Shown here: piece by piece, positions 9,884 through 19,699 of the stretch
Position numbering within the stretch: position 1 is the first letter of the stretch
Layout of the letters: every line of letters begins with the position of its first letter
Origin: a virus
Taxonomy: Duplodnaviria; Caudoviricetes
Length of the DNA: 38,095 nucleotides
Virus record (IMG/VR): IMGVR_UViG_3300020045_005153
Span: 1 to 38,095 of that record
Direction: 5' to 3' (one strand)
Made by a program: the position numbers and the translations under genes
Notes under the pieces: generated by a model
Databases searched by the model: none
What the model was told of the DNA's origin: nothing
Seen by the model: only the letters and a program-made list of their open reading frames with translations

Positions 9884-10329
9884 CCGTGCGAGACGCAACT
9901 ACAGCAGATATACTTGCGATTATTCGCGTGCTGCGGAGTATGCATGCGGAAGCACATGTGAGAGTATTTGACTTCTCGGCGGCGAAACTAGCTTCTTTCC
10001 TTCAGTGGCTTCTAGAGGCACCGGGAGGGATCGCTTTAGTTGCAGGCGATCCGATCCATGGAGTCTGCCTGGGGATGGTGCAGGAGATGTGGTTTGGAGC
10101 GGATAAGGAAGCATTCAATCTTCCTCTCTACGTTCTCCCGGAGCATCGCGGGGGCTCTTCCGCTGTCCGCTTGATCGAGGGTTACAAGAAACGCGCTAGT
10201 GAGTTAGGAGCACATCCTGATGCGATTAACTGGGTTAATAATTCCGGGATCGCTATCGACAAGACTAACCGCTTCATTGGGAAGATGGGATTCATCCCCT
10301 TGGGCGGTTACTTCAAAGCAGCTCATTAG
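9880..10329 (+). CDS. GNAT-family acetyltransferase-like protein
   Basis: 'VRDATTADI' start, motif A 'LYVLPEHRGGSSAVRLI', C-terminal 'FIGKMGF'. Confidence 0.75.
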   Translation: MTVRDATTADILAIIRVLRSMHAEAHVRVFDFSAAKLASFLQWLLEAPGGIALVAGDPIHGVCLGMVQEMWFGADKEAFNLPLYVLPEHRGGSSAVRLIEGYKKRASELGAHPDAINWVNNSGIAIDKTNRFIGKMGFIPLGGYFKAAH

Positions 10330-10338
10330 GAGAACAAG

Positions 10339-11223
10339 ATGTGTGGAAATTTCTTCAGTAGTGGTATTGGTTCTTACATTCTCCCTGCGCTCGGGTTCGC
10401 CCTTGGAGGTCCAGTTGGAGCAGGTATCGCAGGAGCTGCGCAAGGAGGGATAGTAGAAGAAGGTGGATGGGGAGGAGCGCTTAAAGGAGGACTTCAAGGT
10501 TATGGGCTGGGGTCAGGTATCTCCAATATGACGGGGTATGGTGGAAATTACTTTGGACTAGGAGGGGCTGCCTCGGGTGCCTCTGGTTGGGGAAGTATGG
10601 TAGGAGATGCAGGACCAAGCGAAGCTTTCTTTGACGGAAACTGGGGAATGCAGACGCCCGGAACAGGAGGAATTGCAGGTGGAGCTGGCGCAGGAGGCAC
10701 CAGTGGTGGAATGTCTGACTGGGTAAAAAATATTTGGAAGAAACAAACTCCGGGCTCTCTTCTCCAGACCGGGATGAGTGTGGGGAGTGGACTCCTTCAA
10801 ATGAGTAATGCCGCCGACCTTAAATCCCAGGCGATGAGTATGCGACCGGGAGGGAATCTTCCGAATGAACAACTTACTGCGCTGCTGAGTAATCCCGGCG
10901 GCATGGCAATGAGTGACCCCGCCTACGCACTCCGACAACGGGCGGCCTCTCGTGCGACAGCGACGATGGGAGCTAATTCCGGAGCGGCCGCCGTAGCTGC
11001 AGCGAATGCTTCGACCGACTGGTACAATCAGCGACTCGCGCAACTCGGGGGACTGGCCGGGCAAGGAGCGGACGTTGGATTGAAAGGCACTATAGCAAGT
11101 AATCAGATGATGGGAAGCGCCTTGGCGAACATTGGCTTTGGAGTTAATCAGTTCACCGGCGGGAGTAATGGGATCAACCCACAACTTCTCCAGCTTCTCC
11201 AGCGCATGAGCGGAGGTGGCTAA
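10339..11223 (+). CDS. Internal virion / DNA ejection protein (gp7-like)
   Basis: 294 aa, Gly/Ala-rich with hydrophobic glycine-zipper segments, MC start; first of three coupled genes. Confidence 0.6.
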   Translation: MCGNFFSSGIGSYILPALGFALGGPVGAGIAGAAQGGIVEEGGWGGALKGGLQGYGLGSGISNMTGYGGNYFGLGGAASGASGWGSMVGDAGPSEAFFDGNWGMQTPGTGGIAGGAGAGGTSGGMSDWVKNIWKKQTPGSLLQTGMSVGSGLLQMSNAADLKSQAMSMRPGGNLPNEQLTALLSNPGGMAMSDPAYALRQRAASRATATMGANSGAAAVAAANASTDWYNQRLAQLGGLAGQGADVGLKGTIASNQMMGSALANIGFGVNQFTGGSNGINPQLLQLLQRMSGGG

Positions 11224-12398
11224 TGTCAGAACTCTGGGGTGCCCCTTCAGGAATCCTCGCGTCGGAGCAATTGCTTCAGAATAATCTGAAGTCGGGGCTA
11301 GATGCGGTTAAGACCCTTGGGGAGATTGAACAGCAGCCAGCACAAAAACGAGTGCTGGAAGCGCAAGCTCAAAGGTGGGAAGCGGAGGCGGATCAGGATA
11401 AGTTGAAGTCGGCGGCCTTTCGACAACAGCAAGCATTGGATACTGAGTTCTCGCAGGAAGAAGCTGCAGCCCGGTTAGCTGAGATTGAAGGGATTGAAGC
11501 GACCGGCCAGCAAGCGACCGTAGCGAATACTTCTCGACCGGGAACTGCGCGAAAGGTGTCGGCGGCGGATAGACTCCTGCGGTATCAAGAATTTTTGGAA
11601 AGACGTGGTGCGCCCATTTCCATGACTGCAGGGATTGCTAAAGGGATTGCGGACATTCGAAAGGATGAAGCACTTGCTTTTGATCATACCTGGAGAGGAC
11701 TTAAAAACGAAGTGCAGGCAGGGAAGGAGCAAGCAGACCAACTCGGCGCGATGGCGACCTACGGGAAACAGGGACCACAGCAGTATGCGATAATGCTCGC
11801 CCAGGCCGCGGAGAAAGGAATGCCTATTGACCATCTTCCCCGGACTTTTGGGCCTGCTGCCGTAGCAGAACTGGATAGCATTATTCAATCCGCTGTGACG
11901 GTGAAGGATCAGATGGAACTGAAATTGAAGGCCGCGACGGAGAAACGCCAGGAGGCGCTGGCGGCCTCTACCCGTGCGGTTAATGCTGCGAATATTAAAC
12001 TGATCGGAGCACGGATTAAGAATCTTGATAGCCTTATCGACGCGCGAATTAAGAACGATGGACCGGACTCTCCCGATGTAGCGAGAGAGAAGGAACGCCG
12101 GGATGCACTGAAAGCTGCACAGGAACGCTACCAGGACATGGAACGCTTCCCGCCGGCTCCCGTTAAGGTAGAGGATTACAAGATTGAACATCACGGACAA
12201 ACCTTCACTCTCGCTAATGGTGCGAGGGTTAGAGCGATTGTTGACGTGAAAAAAGATCCAAAGATTCCTGGTTCTGGCTACGTTATGTTTGAAGAAGTAA
12301 CACCCGCACCCGGCACTCCGGCGGCTAGGAATCTCTCAATGTCCCGGCGTACTTCCACCCGACAACGACAACTGATTGGCACAGAGGAGGATGATTGA
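11223..12398 (+). CDS. Internal virion / DNA ejection protein
   Basis: 391 aa, helical, Ala/Gln/Glu-rich; translationally coupled on both sides. Confidence 0.6.
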   Translation: MSELWGAPSGILASEQLLQNNLKSGLDAVKTLGEIEQQPAQKRVLEAQAQRWEAEADQDKLKSAAFRQQQALDTEFSQEEAAARLAEIEGIEATGQQATVANTSRPGTARKVSAADRLLRYQEFLERRGAPISMTAGIAKGIADIRKDEALAFDHTWRGLKNEVQAGKEQADQLGAMATYGKQGPQQYAIMLAQAAEKGMPIDHLPRTFGPAAVAELDSIIQSAVTVKDQMELKLKAATEKRQEALAASTRAVNAANIKLIGARIKNLDSLIDARIKNDGPDSPDVAREKERRDALKAAQERYQDMERFPPAPVKVEDYKIEHHGQTFTLANGARVRAIVDVKKDPKIPGSGYVMFEEVTPAPGTPAARNLSMSRRTSTRQRQLIGTEEDD

Positions 12399-15300
12399 TG
12401 GCTATTCTTTCTTTTGAAGAGGCGATGGCACCAGCAGCTCCTGCACAGAAATCTACAACAGCCGTTCCTGCGCGTCAAGCAGGGAACAGAATTCTCTCCT
12501 TTGAAGAAGCAATGGGAGCTCCTCCTGTAGATGATCTGGAAGCTGCGGTGAAACGGGATCAATCTGCTTGGGGAGTAATTAAACAAGCGGGGAAAGATGT
12601 AGGAACTCACCTGGAAGGAAATACTCTTGCATGGGGAGATATGATCCTTGGTGGTCCTGCAATGTTCGCTAGTTTCCTTGCTCACGTAACGGGAGGCCGG
12701 GCTGCGGAGCAACAGGCGAAGCGGGAAGGGAAAACTTTAACTTCCGCTGAACGGGCAGCTGCAGGTAAGGCAGCATCGGAAAGAATTCCTGAAACATTCT
12801 TTACTCCTTTGAAGAAACTTGCGGAATCGGAGGGGCCTGAGCTGGTGAGTGCGTATGAAAATTCTGCACTTGGGCGCATCATGCACGCGATTGGGGAAGG
12901 GATTCAAGGCGGCACTGAAGCGATTAGCAAGAAGACTGGATTGCAACAAGCGGATGTAGAAGCGGGCGTTAATGCACTGATGGGTTGGATGGGAGTTAAA
13001 GGGATTAAAGCTATTGGAAAATCTACAATTGCTGATGTGAAGAAACTTGCAGCTACGATTAAAGAAGCGCCGACGGTTCCGGTGGAACGACTGGTTACTC
13101 CACAAGGTCCGGACACTTCTGTCCCCTACGAGATTGGGAAGAAGGTTGATCCGGCGGCGAGGAAGGCTGAGCTGGATGCACAGATCGCCGCCAGGAGGAA
13201 GGCAGATCAGGCGATTGCGAGTAAGATGAAAGAAGTTGAAAAGTACCGTAACCTGGCGAAGAAAGAAAAAGAAGGCGATCCTCTCAAAGTACAACTAGAT
13301 GAACGGGCTAATCTAGCATTGGATGAGGCAATTGCGTTAAAGGCTGCTAAGGAAGCGGAAGGAAAAGCGGCGGTGAAAGAGGCGGCGGAGGCAAAGGCGG
13401 CCGATTTAGATGCACGAATCGGGGAATCTTCTTATGAGCTCGGAAAAGAGGTTCCTAGTAATGTTCCTTCTTCTGCGGAAATTCACCGTATTATAACTAC
13501 TCCTGGACACCTTCGAAGTGCTGAGCAGATCATGGGACTTCGCCGTGCAGTCAATGCAGGCGTGGCGAAAGGCTTTATCGATAAGAATATGCTGAAAGTA
13601 ATGGCGGGGACCGGAATTGCGGGTTTAACTGCTGCTGCACTGTGGAAAAAACTAGATGAAGTTGGTTATATGGAGTGGAGGGATGAGATTCGAAAGGTCT
13701 TAGGTCAGCCGGATGACAGGAATCCAGAACAAAAAGGTTACCCGAATATACGGCAGTATCGTACTCCGGGAGATACGCAGATGCCTTTTCCGGAAGCTCC
13801 GGGAACGCAAGATCAAATGCCAGATGGGCAGGGGCAGCCACGGATGTTTACTGCGAGTAAGGATTTGACGCCGGGGCTGGCGGTGGGGCTGCTGCTAGGG
13901 GGGGCGATTAAAGCGAAGGGAGGGATGTGGCATCCGGAGGCGGTGGAACGACTGTATCCAAACGAAAAATTCCTAACGCAAAAACAAATAGATAAAGCTA
14001 TTACAGCCGCTACTCCTGCTGATATCAAGGCTTACGAAAAAGGTATTCTTAAGGATAGAAACCAGCAAGGTTCCGCCGACCCCCGCCTTCTTGCAGGGAT
14101 TGCTGCAGTTGGTGCTGGTGGCCTGATTGGCTCTGCTCTCTCTGACAAGTCCACCCTTGGCGGTGCAGCCCTGGGAGCACTGGTCGGAGGAATCCTCTTC
14201 GGTTCAAGGGGAACCCGACAATCCCTTGATAACAACATGGGGAACATCAGCACAACCCTGCGAGGATTTGACCCGGCACTAGAACGGAGAGTTCGTGCCG
14301 TCCCCCTTACAATCGGGCAGCGGAGTGAAGCGGCCGCCGAGCAGGTCCGTCCTTTCCTAGAGGGAGCGGGAAAACTTTCCAAAATCGAACAAAATATACT
14401 AGAGGAAGCCCTCCTTAATGGAGACGCTGCGACAGTCAAAGCGCTCCCGGGGATGCGGGAAAGTTACACTGCAGTCGAGCGTCTCCTCGGCGGGATGGAA
14501 AAGGAACTACAAGCCCTTGGCCGTTTCGGAGAAGGCGTGGTGAATTACTTTCCTCGAGTTATAAAAGATTTCGAAGGATTAAAGAACGCACTGGGTCAAG
14601 ATGCAAGGAAAGGTTTTGACAAGGTAATGCTCCTGGCGGAAACGGAGATGCTGCAGAAGAAAAATCGGGGACTGACGGAAATAGAACGCTCCCTTGTGGC
14701 TAACCGTTACTTGTATGCGCCGGAACAATCCTCCTCCCTCCCTGGCTATGCGAAGGGGAGAAAGATCGGGGAGGTGCCGCCGGAACTAATGAAGTTCTAC
14801 GAAGAACCCGGCGCCGCCTTGATGCGTTACGTCTCGGGTGCTGTCTCAGACATTGAAATCGCACGCTTCTTCGGCAGGGACATCAAGGTTACGAAGAGCG
14901 GGAAACATAAGTTTACCGACGTGGATGGCTCCATTGGGAATATAGTGGAACGATTGGCGAAGGAGGGAAAACTTGACACAGAGGGAGCGAAGGCGCTGCG
15001 AGACAATCTTCGTGCATTCTTCGTGGAGGGACAGAAATCTCCTGAGGCTTGGCTGCAAGATATTCGTAATGTGACGAACCTGGGATTACTGGGGGATCTG
15101 AGTTCGGCGGCCACCCAGATCCAGGATTCTTTGATGGTCGTAGCTTACCACGGAGTGCGCCCGACGGTGGAGGCAGCGATTCAGAATATCCGGGGGGCGA
15201 AACTTAAGCCGGAGGATCTAGGGATTGGGAATAAGATTACGGAGGAACTATCAACAGAGCGCCTCTCTGGAAAACTCCTCCATCACGTCCTCCGCCCTGT

Positions 15301-16141
15301 CTTCGGCAGAGTTGATCGAATTGGTAAGATGATGAACATCTCCGCGACGGTTGCTGAGGCTCAGTCATTGGTGAAGACTCCGAAGGGACTGGAGAAACTT
15401 AGAGAGAAATGGGGGGATTATTTCTCCCAGGATTTCCCTGCCCTTGTAGCAGATTTGCAGGCGAAGCGGCAATCTCCCCTCGTACGGGAACTTGCCTACG
15501 GGGACCTGGCTGACCGTCAACCTATCTCCATGCTGGAAATGCCCCTCAATTACGCGAAGAATCCTAATCTCCGGATTGCCTGGCAACTTAAGAGCTGGAT
15601 GATCAAGCAGACTGATATGATTAGGAGAGAGGCGGTGCAGAAGATTGCTTCTGGCGACCCGAAACAAATGCTGCAGGGAGCGAAGGCACTTACTACCTTA
15701 CTAGCCTCTTACGCAGTCTTCGGTGTTCCCTCCGACACGATTAAGGATTGGATGAGCTTCCGGGAAGCCGACCCTTTCAAGGGCTCGAACATGGTGGAGA
15801 ATGTCATGCAAGCCTTCGGTATGAATCGCTACGCCGCGGACCGACTAGCCCAGGGGAATTTGACAGAAGTGGTGAGTGGAATGGTTATGCCGCCGATCTT
15901 GAAGGTGGTCGGGGAACCCGCGCTGAAAGGGAAGCCGGAACTTTATGCTCGTAACATTCCCTTCCTAGGGAGAGAAATCTATAACATCGGGCTGGGAGGG
16001 AATGAAGCGATTGAAGCGAGAGAAGCGACGCAGAAAAGAATTGAGGAAAGAAAAAGAAAAGAGTTAGCTAATCCACTCCTTCAAAAACGCCGCCTGGAGG
16101 CGAAGAAGAAGGCAACAAATAAACCTTCCAATCAACCTTAA
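12398..16141 (+). CDS. Large internal virion / DNA ejection protein
   Basis: About 1247 aa, helical, 'NYFPR' motif, last gene before lysis; start taken at ATG 12398 (TGATG overlap, RBS GAGGAGG). Confidence 0.7.
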   Translation: MAILSFEEAMAPAAPAQKSTTAVPARQAGNRILSFEEAMGAPPVDDLEAAVKRDQSAWGVIKQAGKDVGTHLEGNTLAWGDMILGGPAMFASFLAHVTGGRAAEQQAKREGKTLTSAERAAAGKAASERIPETFFTPLKKLAESEGPELVSAYENSALGRIMHAIGEGIQGGTEAISKKTGLQQADVEAGVNALMGWMGVKGIKAIGKSTIADVKKLAATIKEAPTVPVERLVTPQGPDTSVPYEIGKKVDPAARKAELDAQIAARRKADQAIASKMKEVEKYRNLAKKEKEGDPLKVQLDERANLALDEAIALKAAKEAEGKAAVKEAAEAKAADLDARIGESSYELGKEVPSNVPSSAEIHRIITTPGHLRSAEQIMGLRRAVNAGVAKGFIDKNMLKVMAGTGIAGLTAAALWKKLDEVGYMEWRDEIRKVLGQPDDRNPEQKGYPNIRQYRTPGDTQMPFPEAPGTQDQMPDGQGQPRMFTASKDLTPGLAVGLLLGGAIKAKGGMWHPEAVERLYPNEKFLTQKQIDKAITAATPADIKAYEKGILKDRNQQGSADPRLLAGIAAVGAGGLIGSALSDKSTLGGAALGALVGGILFGSRGTRQSLDNNMGNISTTLRGFDPALERRVRAVPLTIGQRSEAAAEQVRPFLEGAGKLSKIEQNILEEALLNGDAATVKALPGMRESYTAVERLLGGMEKELQALGRFGEGVVNYFPRVIKDFEGLKNALGQDARKGFDKVMLLAETEMLQKKNRGLTEIERSLVANRYLYAPEQSSSLPGYAKGRKIGEVPPELMKFYEEPGAALMRYVSGAVSDIEIARFFGRDIKVTKSGKHKFTDVDGSIGNIVERLAKEGKLDTEGAKALRDNLRAFFVEGQKSPEAWLQDIRNVTNLGLLGDLSSAATQIQDSLMVVAYHGVRPTVEAAIQNIRGAKLKPEDLGIGNKITEELSTERLSGKLLHHVLRPVFGRVDRIGKMMNISATVAEAQSLVKTPKGLEKLREKWGDYFSQDFPALVADLQAKRQSPLVRELAYGDLADRQPISMLEMPLNYAKNPNLRIAWQLKSWMIKQTDMIRREAVQKIASGDPKQMLQGAKALTTLLASYAVFGVPSDTIKDWMSFREADPFKGSNMVENVMQAFGMNRYAADRLAQGNLTEVVSGMVMPPILKVVGEPALKGKPELYARNIPFLGREIYNIGLGGNEAIEAREATQKRIEERKRKELANPLLQKRRLEAKKKATNKPSNQP

Positions 16142-16152
16142 GGAAAGATAGA

Positions 16153-16638
16153 ATGTTTGCATCTCGTTATTTATTACCCGTAGAGATCTTACTAGGTGTA
16201 ATCATGATCGGCTGGGGACTTGCGGGCTGGCTCGGCGCAGGCTCTCTCGTAAGGCAACTGACGGAAGTAGATGCGGCGGTACAGTGGGGCGTATCGCTGA
16301 CGATGGTTGGCGGCTTTCAGTTATGGGTAGCGGGTGTGGAATTCGCCTTCGGGCGGCGATGGAGTAATTCAATACTACTAACCACTACCAGTCTCCGATG
16401 CGTAGCACAATTTTTCAGCATGTGCGTCTGGGTGTATGTGATATCGGTTATCTTATCATTGCAGATGGAACGTACTGCAATCTCGTTACTAACCCAAGTG
16501 CCGATCGCCTTCGTCTTTACCGCGTGGGCGTTCTATGGAAATATGAAAGTCAGGACTCTGCTCGATCCAAAAATACAAACAACCGATTTGCAAAGGACTA
16601 TTATGATGGAGCGTAAAAAACTTGCAGGAATGCTGTAA
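16153..16638 (+). CDS. Multi-pass membrane protein (holin/antiholin candidate)
   Basis: 161 aa with about four hydrophobic segments, at the head of the lysis cassette. Confidence 0.55.
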   Translation: MFASRYLLPVEILLGVIMIGWGLAGWLGAGSLVRQLTEVDAAVQWGVSLTMVGGFQLWVAGVEFAFGRRWSNSILLTTTSLRCVAQFFSMCVWVYVISVILSLQMERTAISLLTQVPIAFVFTAWAFYGNMKVRTLLDPKIQTTDLQRTIMMERKKLAGML

Positions 16639-17039
16639 TGAGGGCCAGTTCTGTATGGCTGCTCCTATTTGCCTTCCCGTACGCCACAGCAGCAGAACAG
16701 ATGTCCAGATCACTGATCGGGGATACCCGATTCTGGGTTGTCGCAGCCGCCGTGCAGGTTCTTGGCGTCATAGGCTATCTGGCGTCAAGTCTCGCGCAAT
16801 GGGCGAAGTGGCCGGATGGCACGCTCATCGAGCGGCTGGCGCTGGTGCAGGGCAGCGTTACGGCGCTCTTGGCGGCGAATATCGCGTTCTACGGCGGGTA
16901 TTATTACGTCGAATGTCCAGAGATTGTTGCGTTCATCGCTGCGGCGGTCGCAAGCTGGGGCGGCGATAAGTTCATCAGTCCAATACTGGTGCGGATCACT
17001 GGGCGGATTCAGGATTCACCTAACTTTCCACTGAAATAA
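16638..17039 (+). CDS. Holin-like membrane protein
   Basis: 133 aa with 3-4 hydrophobic segments, directly upstream of the endolysin. Confidence 0.55.
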   Translation: MRASSVWLLLFAFPYATAAEQMSRSLIGDTRFWVVAAAVQVLGVIGYLASSLAQWAKWPDGTLIERLALVQGSVTALLAANIAFYGGYYYVECPEIVAFIAAAVASWGGDKFISPILVRITGRIQDSPNFPLK

Positions 17040-17054
17040 TACTTAGGAGAAAAA

Positions 17055-17420
17055 ATGCCTTGGACTTATGAGCAGCGATCGGGGAAGCTGGCACACGATG
17101 GACTCATCGCTTGTGTTGGGTACGCAGGGAAGGGGGAAGGGAAGAATAATCCAGACGCGCAGGACCAGCGAAACGTCGGACCACTCCCAAGGGGAACCTA
17201 CACGATTGAAGCGCCAGTAGATACGGTAGCGAATGGTCCTTATGTCCTGCGGCTGCAACCCGCGGCTTACAATAACATGTGCGGAAGATCAGGATTTCTA
17301 ATCCACGGAGATTCCACTCGTGAGCCAGGGACGGCTAGTGAAGGATGTATCATTGCTCCCCGAATGGTTAGGGAAAGAATCTGGAATTCAGGAGACAGGG
17401 AGCTGGAGGTGGTGGAGTGA
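17055..17420 (+). CDS. Endolysin candidate, DUF2778/Tlde1 (L,D-transpeptidase-fold) family
   Basis: 'GY.G.G...NNP.......GPLPRG.Y.I', 'GRSGFLIHGD' and 'ASEGCII' (His/Cys catalytic motifs); between holin-like genes and spanins. Confidence 0.8.
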   Translation: MPWTYEQRSGKLAHDGLIACVGYAGKGEGKNNPDAQDQRNVGPLPRGTYTIEAPVDTVANGPYVLRLQPAAYNNMCGRSGFLIHGDSTREPGTASEGCIIAPRMVRERIWNSGDRELEVVE

Positions 17421-17854
17421 TTTACTGGACCCTGTTGAAGCAATTCTGGTACGTGGGAATTATTCTGATCCTGGGTCTCCTGGTTGCTTACTATCATGGA
17501 GAATATGTGCAAGCAGAGCAGAATCTCGCCGTCTTCGTCAGGACAACGGAAGCGGTGGGAAAACAAGCGGCGGCAAACAATAGAAGGAGAGAAGATGAAT
17601 GGAAGAAGAAAGCAACTAATGCTTGGATTAGCCGCGATGATGCTCGTCGGCGGCTGCGCGACGCAGAAGATTCCAGTCGCAGTAGACCTCCCCTCACTCC
17701 CCGCCTTGCCGCCGGAGCTGCAGAAATCTGTTTTGAGCCGACAGTCTTTGCTGGAGCAATTGAACGCTTTAGAGCAGGAGTTAGGGGACTCGTTAGAGAA
17801 GGCGATGCTGCGCAAATAGATGCGGCAAGCTTGTTGGAAGCGTGGCCAAGGTAA
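17417..17854 (+). CDS. Inner-membrane spanin (Rz-like)
   Basis: One N-terminal TM segment, then charged helical region with a C-terminal Cys; it contains a lipoprotein ORF in another frame. Confidence 0.75.
   Translation: MIYWTLLKQFWYVGIILILGLLVAYYHGEYVQAEQNLAVFVRTTEAVGKQAAANNRRREDEWKKKATNAWISRDDARRRLRDAEDSSRSRPPLTPRLAAGAAEICFEPTVFAGAIERFRAGVRGLVREGDAAQIDAASLLEAWPR
17595..17819 (+). CDS. Outer-membrane spanin lipoprotein (Rz1-like), embedded in the i-spanin gene
   Basis: ATG 17595 with RBS AGGAG; MNGRRKQLMLGLAAMMLVGG-C lipoprotein signal, then Pro-rich LPSLPALPP. Confidence 0.75.
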   Translation: MNGRRKQLMLGLAAMMLVGGCATQKIPVAVDLPSLPALPPELQKSVLSRQSLLEQLNALEQELGDSLEKAMLRK

Positions 17855-17881
17855 AACATGAGCGCAACTTAGGAGTATAGT

Positions 17882-18151
17882 ATGAAATACGCACTTGCAT
17901 TACTGTTCGGATTGATGGCAGGACCGGCGACAGCAGCGGTTAGTATGTCAATTGAGGGACTGGTGGAAGCAGTCATTTACTTGATTGTCGTGGGAGGAGT
18001 ATTCTGGCTCCTTCTGTTCTTGATTGACTATGTGGGGCTGCTGGAACCCTTCGCCAAGGTAGCGAAGATTGTTGTGATGGTAGTGGGAGTGATTCTTCTT
18101 ATCAATCTCCTCCTCGGTTTCGCCGGCCACCCACTCTTCTCCTTCCGCTGA
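17882..18151 (+). CDS. Small membrane protein
   Basis: 89 aa, RBS AGGAG, signal-like N-terminus plus two TM helices. Confidence 0.7.
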   Translation: MKYALALLFGLMAGPATAAVSMSIEGLVEAVIYLIVVGGVFWLLLFLIDYVGLLEPFAKVAKIVVMVVGVILLINLLLGFAGHPLFSFR

Positions 18152-18159
18152 GTAGTCCC

Positions 18160-18200
18160 GCCCACCTCGGCGCAAACATCGCGCCTTTGGTGGGCTTTCT
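18160..18200 (+). terminator. Terminator-like hairpin where the late and early arms converge
   Basis: GCCCACC..GGCGC-loop-GCGCC..GGTGGGC followed by TTTCT. Confidence 0.55.
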
Positions 18201-18203
18201 CAA

Positions 18204-18431
18204 TCAACAATCTTGGGCTGGTTTGGCAGGAAGATGCGTTCGCGCGGCGCAATCTTCACAGCGGGAAAGCTCCCCCGCGCGGAACAATTGCTGACGGCTC
18301 CGCACAGCTCGAGCAGTGACTCCCAGCCGGGCCGCGATGAGGGAGGGACTGCGGTAGAGAGTGTAGAACCGATGCTCGCAACAGTAGCCCATTCCGACGG
18401 TGATTAGATATTGGATAGAGTTTGGTTTCAT
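18204..18431 (-). CDS. Small helix-turn-helix protein with Cys pairs (putative regulator)
   Basis: 75 aa. 'SPSLIAARLGVTARAVRSR' HTH pattern, CCEH and CEDC; last gene of the - strand arm; no clear RBS. Confidence 0.55.
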   Translation of the reverse strand: MKPNSIQYLITVGMGYCCEHRFYTLYRSPSLIAARLGVTARAVRSRQQLFRAGELSRCEDCAARTHLPAKPAQDC

Positions 18432-18434
18432 CCG

Positions 18435-18464
18435 GGTGTCCGTTACATTGGTGTAATAGGTGCC
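18435..18464. promoter_or_regulatory. Palindromic operator-like site, copy 2 of 3
   Basis: GGTGTCC-GTTACA-TTGG-TGTAAT-AGGTGCC fills the gap upstream of the HTH gene. Confidence 0.6.
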
Positions 18465-19699
18465 TAATCAATCGGAGTGTCCGGCGTAATCACCGCCGAA
18501 GTCGGCTGAGGGAGTGGGTTCGCCGCCCGGATGTACATTCCTGTTGCGGTCGCGTCCATGATCAGTTGGCCACTCTGAATCGCCCCCGTCATGATCCCTT
18601 CGAAGTCCCGAAAGTCAGGGAAGTAGACGTGGATCATCTTGTAAGCGTCGGCGTAGGGGATACGGCCCTTCTTTCGTACGTACTCAATGAAGCGTTCCGC
18701 TTGCATACTGTCCTCGCTCCGCCCGATCTTACTGAACACCCGGTGCATGTCCTTCTCCAGGTCTTCCAGCATCGTGTTGGCGAGCTGGAGATCGTCCACA
18801 GTGATGCGAAGGGAGTCACTCTTACTGGCGGAGAGGATCATTGCTACCTTATGCATGTGGGTTTGCTTCCTGGCGGCATAGCCCTCGAGCATCTGATCGT
18901 CCATCCTGCTGGAAGCATCTTTCCAGAACGGCTCGTACCAGCCGCGGAACCAGTCCCGGGCCGCTGGCTCAATAACGAAGGGACCACAGAGCATAGCTAT
19001 CTGCTCAAGGTCGGAGATCAGAGCGAGGCGGTAGGCCTTATCTTCCTTCGTCACTACTTCATCCACGTAGGGGACATACTTATCTTTCATGTCTGCGTAG
19101 ATGAAGATGCAGCGGGAGAACAGTCCTCCTCCAATCATCGCCTGGGGTGCGTTGTCTGCGATCCAGTGGGGAGTAGTGCCCGCTTGGATATTGATCCAGG
19201 GGGCGTCGATCGTATCGTTCCCGCTCATCTTAGTGATCTTCTCATACTTCTTCTTCCCGTCCCAGAGTTCGATCAGGAGGTTTACCATGTCCTTATCTTG
19301 GAGGTTGAGAAGGGAGCCAAGCTCAGAGGCGGTCAGAGTGAGGGGACTCATCGGGTGCCACTCCGCGTTATACTCGAACGATTCCGAGGCTCCTGCAAAC
19401 GCTGTGACGAGGGCTTGCCAGGTAATTGCGTTAGGTCCGAACTTGATTCCGGGGACTTGCTGGAGAAGGTCGGCGGCAATGTCGATTGTAGTGGACTTAG
19501 CAACGATCCCCGGCGGCCCTACGTAGATGATGTAGAACGAGGGAGTCCACTGGAATCGTTTCATATCAATCCAGACCCGCCGCCGAAGACACCCTGCGAT
19601 CGTTCCCACTGCGGCCCAGAAGTGCATTCTCTTCGGGGCTTCGGTGACGGATGCGTATTCAAGGTAGGCGGGTATCCAATCTTTAAATTTCCTCGACAT
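18464..19699 (-). CDS. DUF3987-type P-loop NTPase (putative replicative helicase)
   Basis: 'TEAP..MHFW', Walker A variant 'YVGPPGIVAKST', Walker B-like 'ASELGSLL', 'L.ELWDG', 'GGGLFSRCIFIY'. Confidence 0.7.
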   Translation of the reverse strand: MSRKFKDWIPAYLEYASVTEAPKRMHFWAAVGTIAGCLRRRVWIDMKRFQWTPSFYIIYVGPPGIVAKSTTIDIAADLLQQVPGIKFGPNAITWQALVTAFAGASESFEYNAEWHPMSPLTLTASELGSLLNLQDKDMVNLLIELWDGKKKYEKITKMSGNDTIDAPWINIQAGTTPHWIADNAPQAMIGGGLFSRCIFIYADMKDKYVPYVDEVVTKEDKAYRLALISDLEQIAMLCGPFVIEPAARDWFRGWYEPFWKDASSRMDDQMLEGYAARKQTHMHKVAMILSASKSDSLRITVDDLQLANTMLEDLEKDMHRVFSKIGRSEDSMQAERFIEYVRKKGRIPYADAYKMIHVYFPDFRDFEGIMTGAIQSGQLIMDATATGMYIRAANPLPQPTSAVITPDTPID

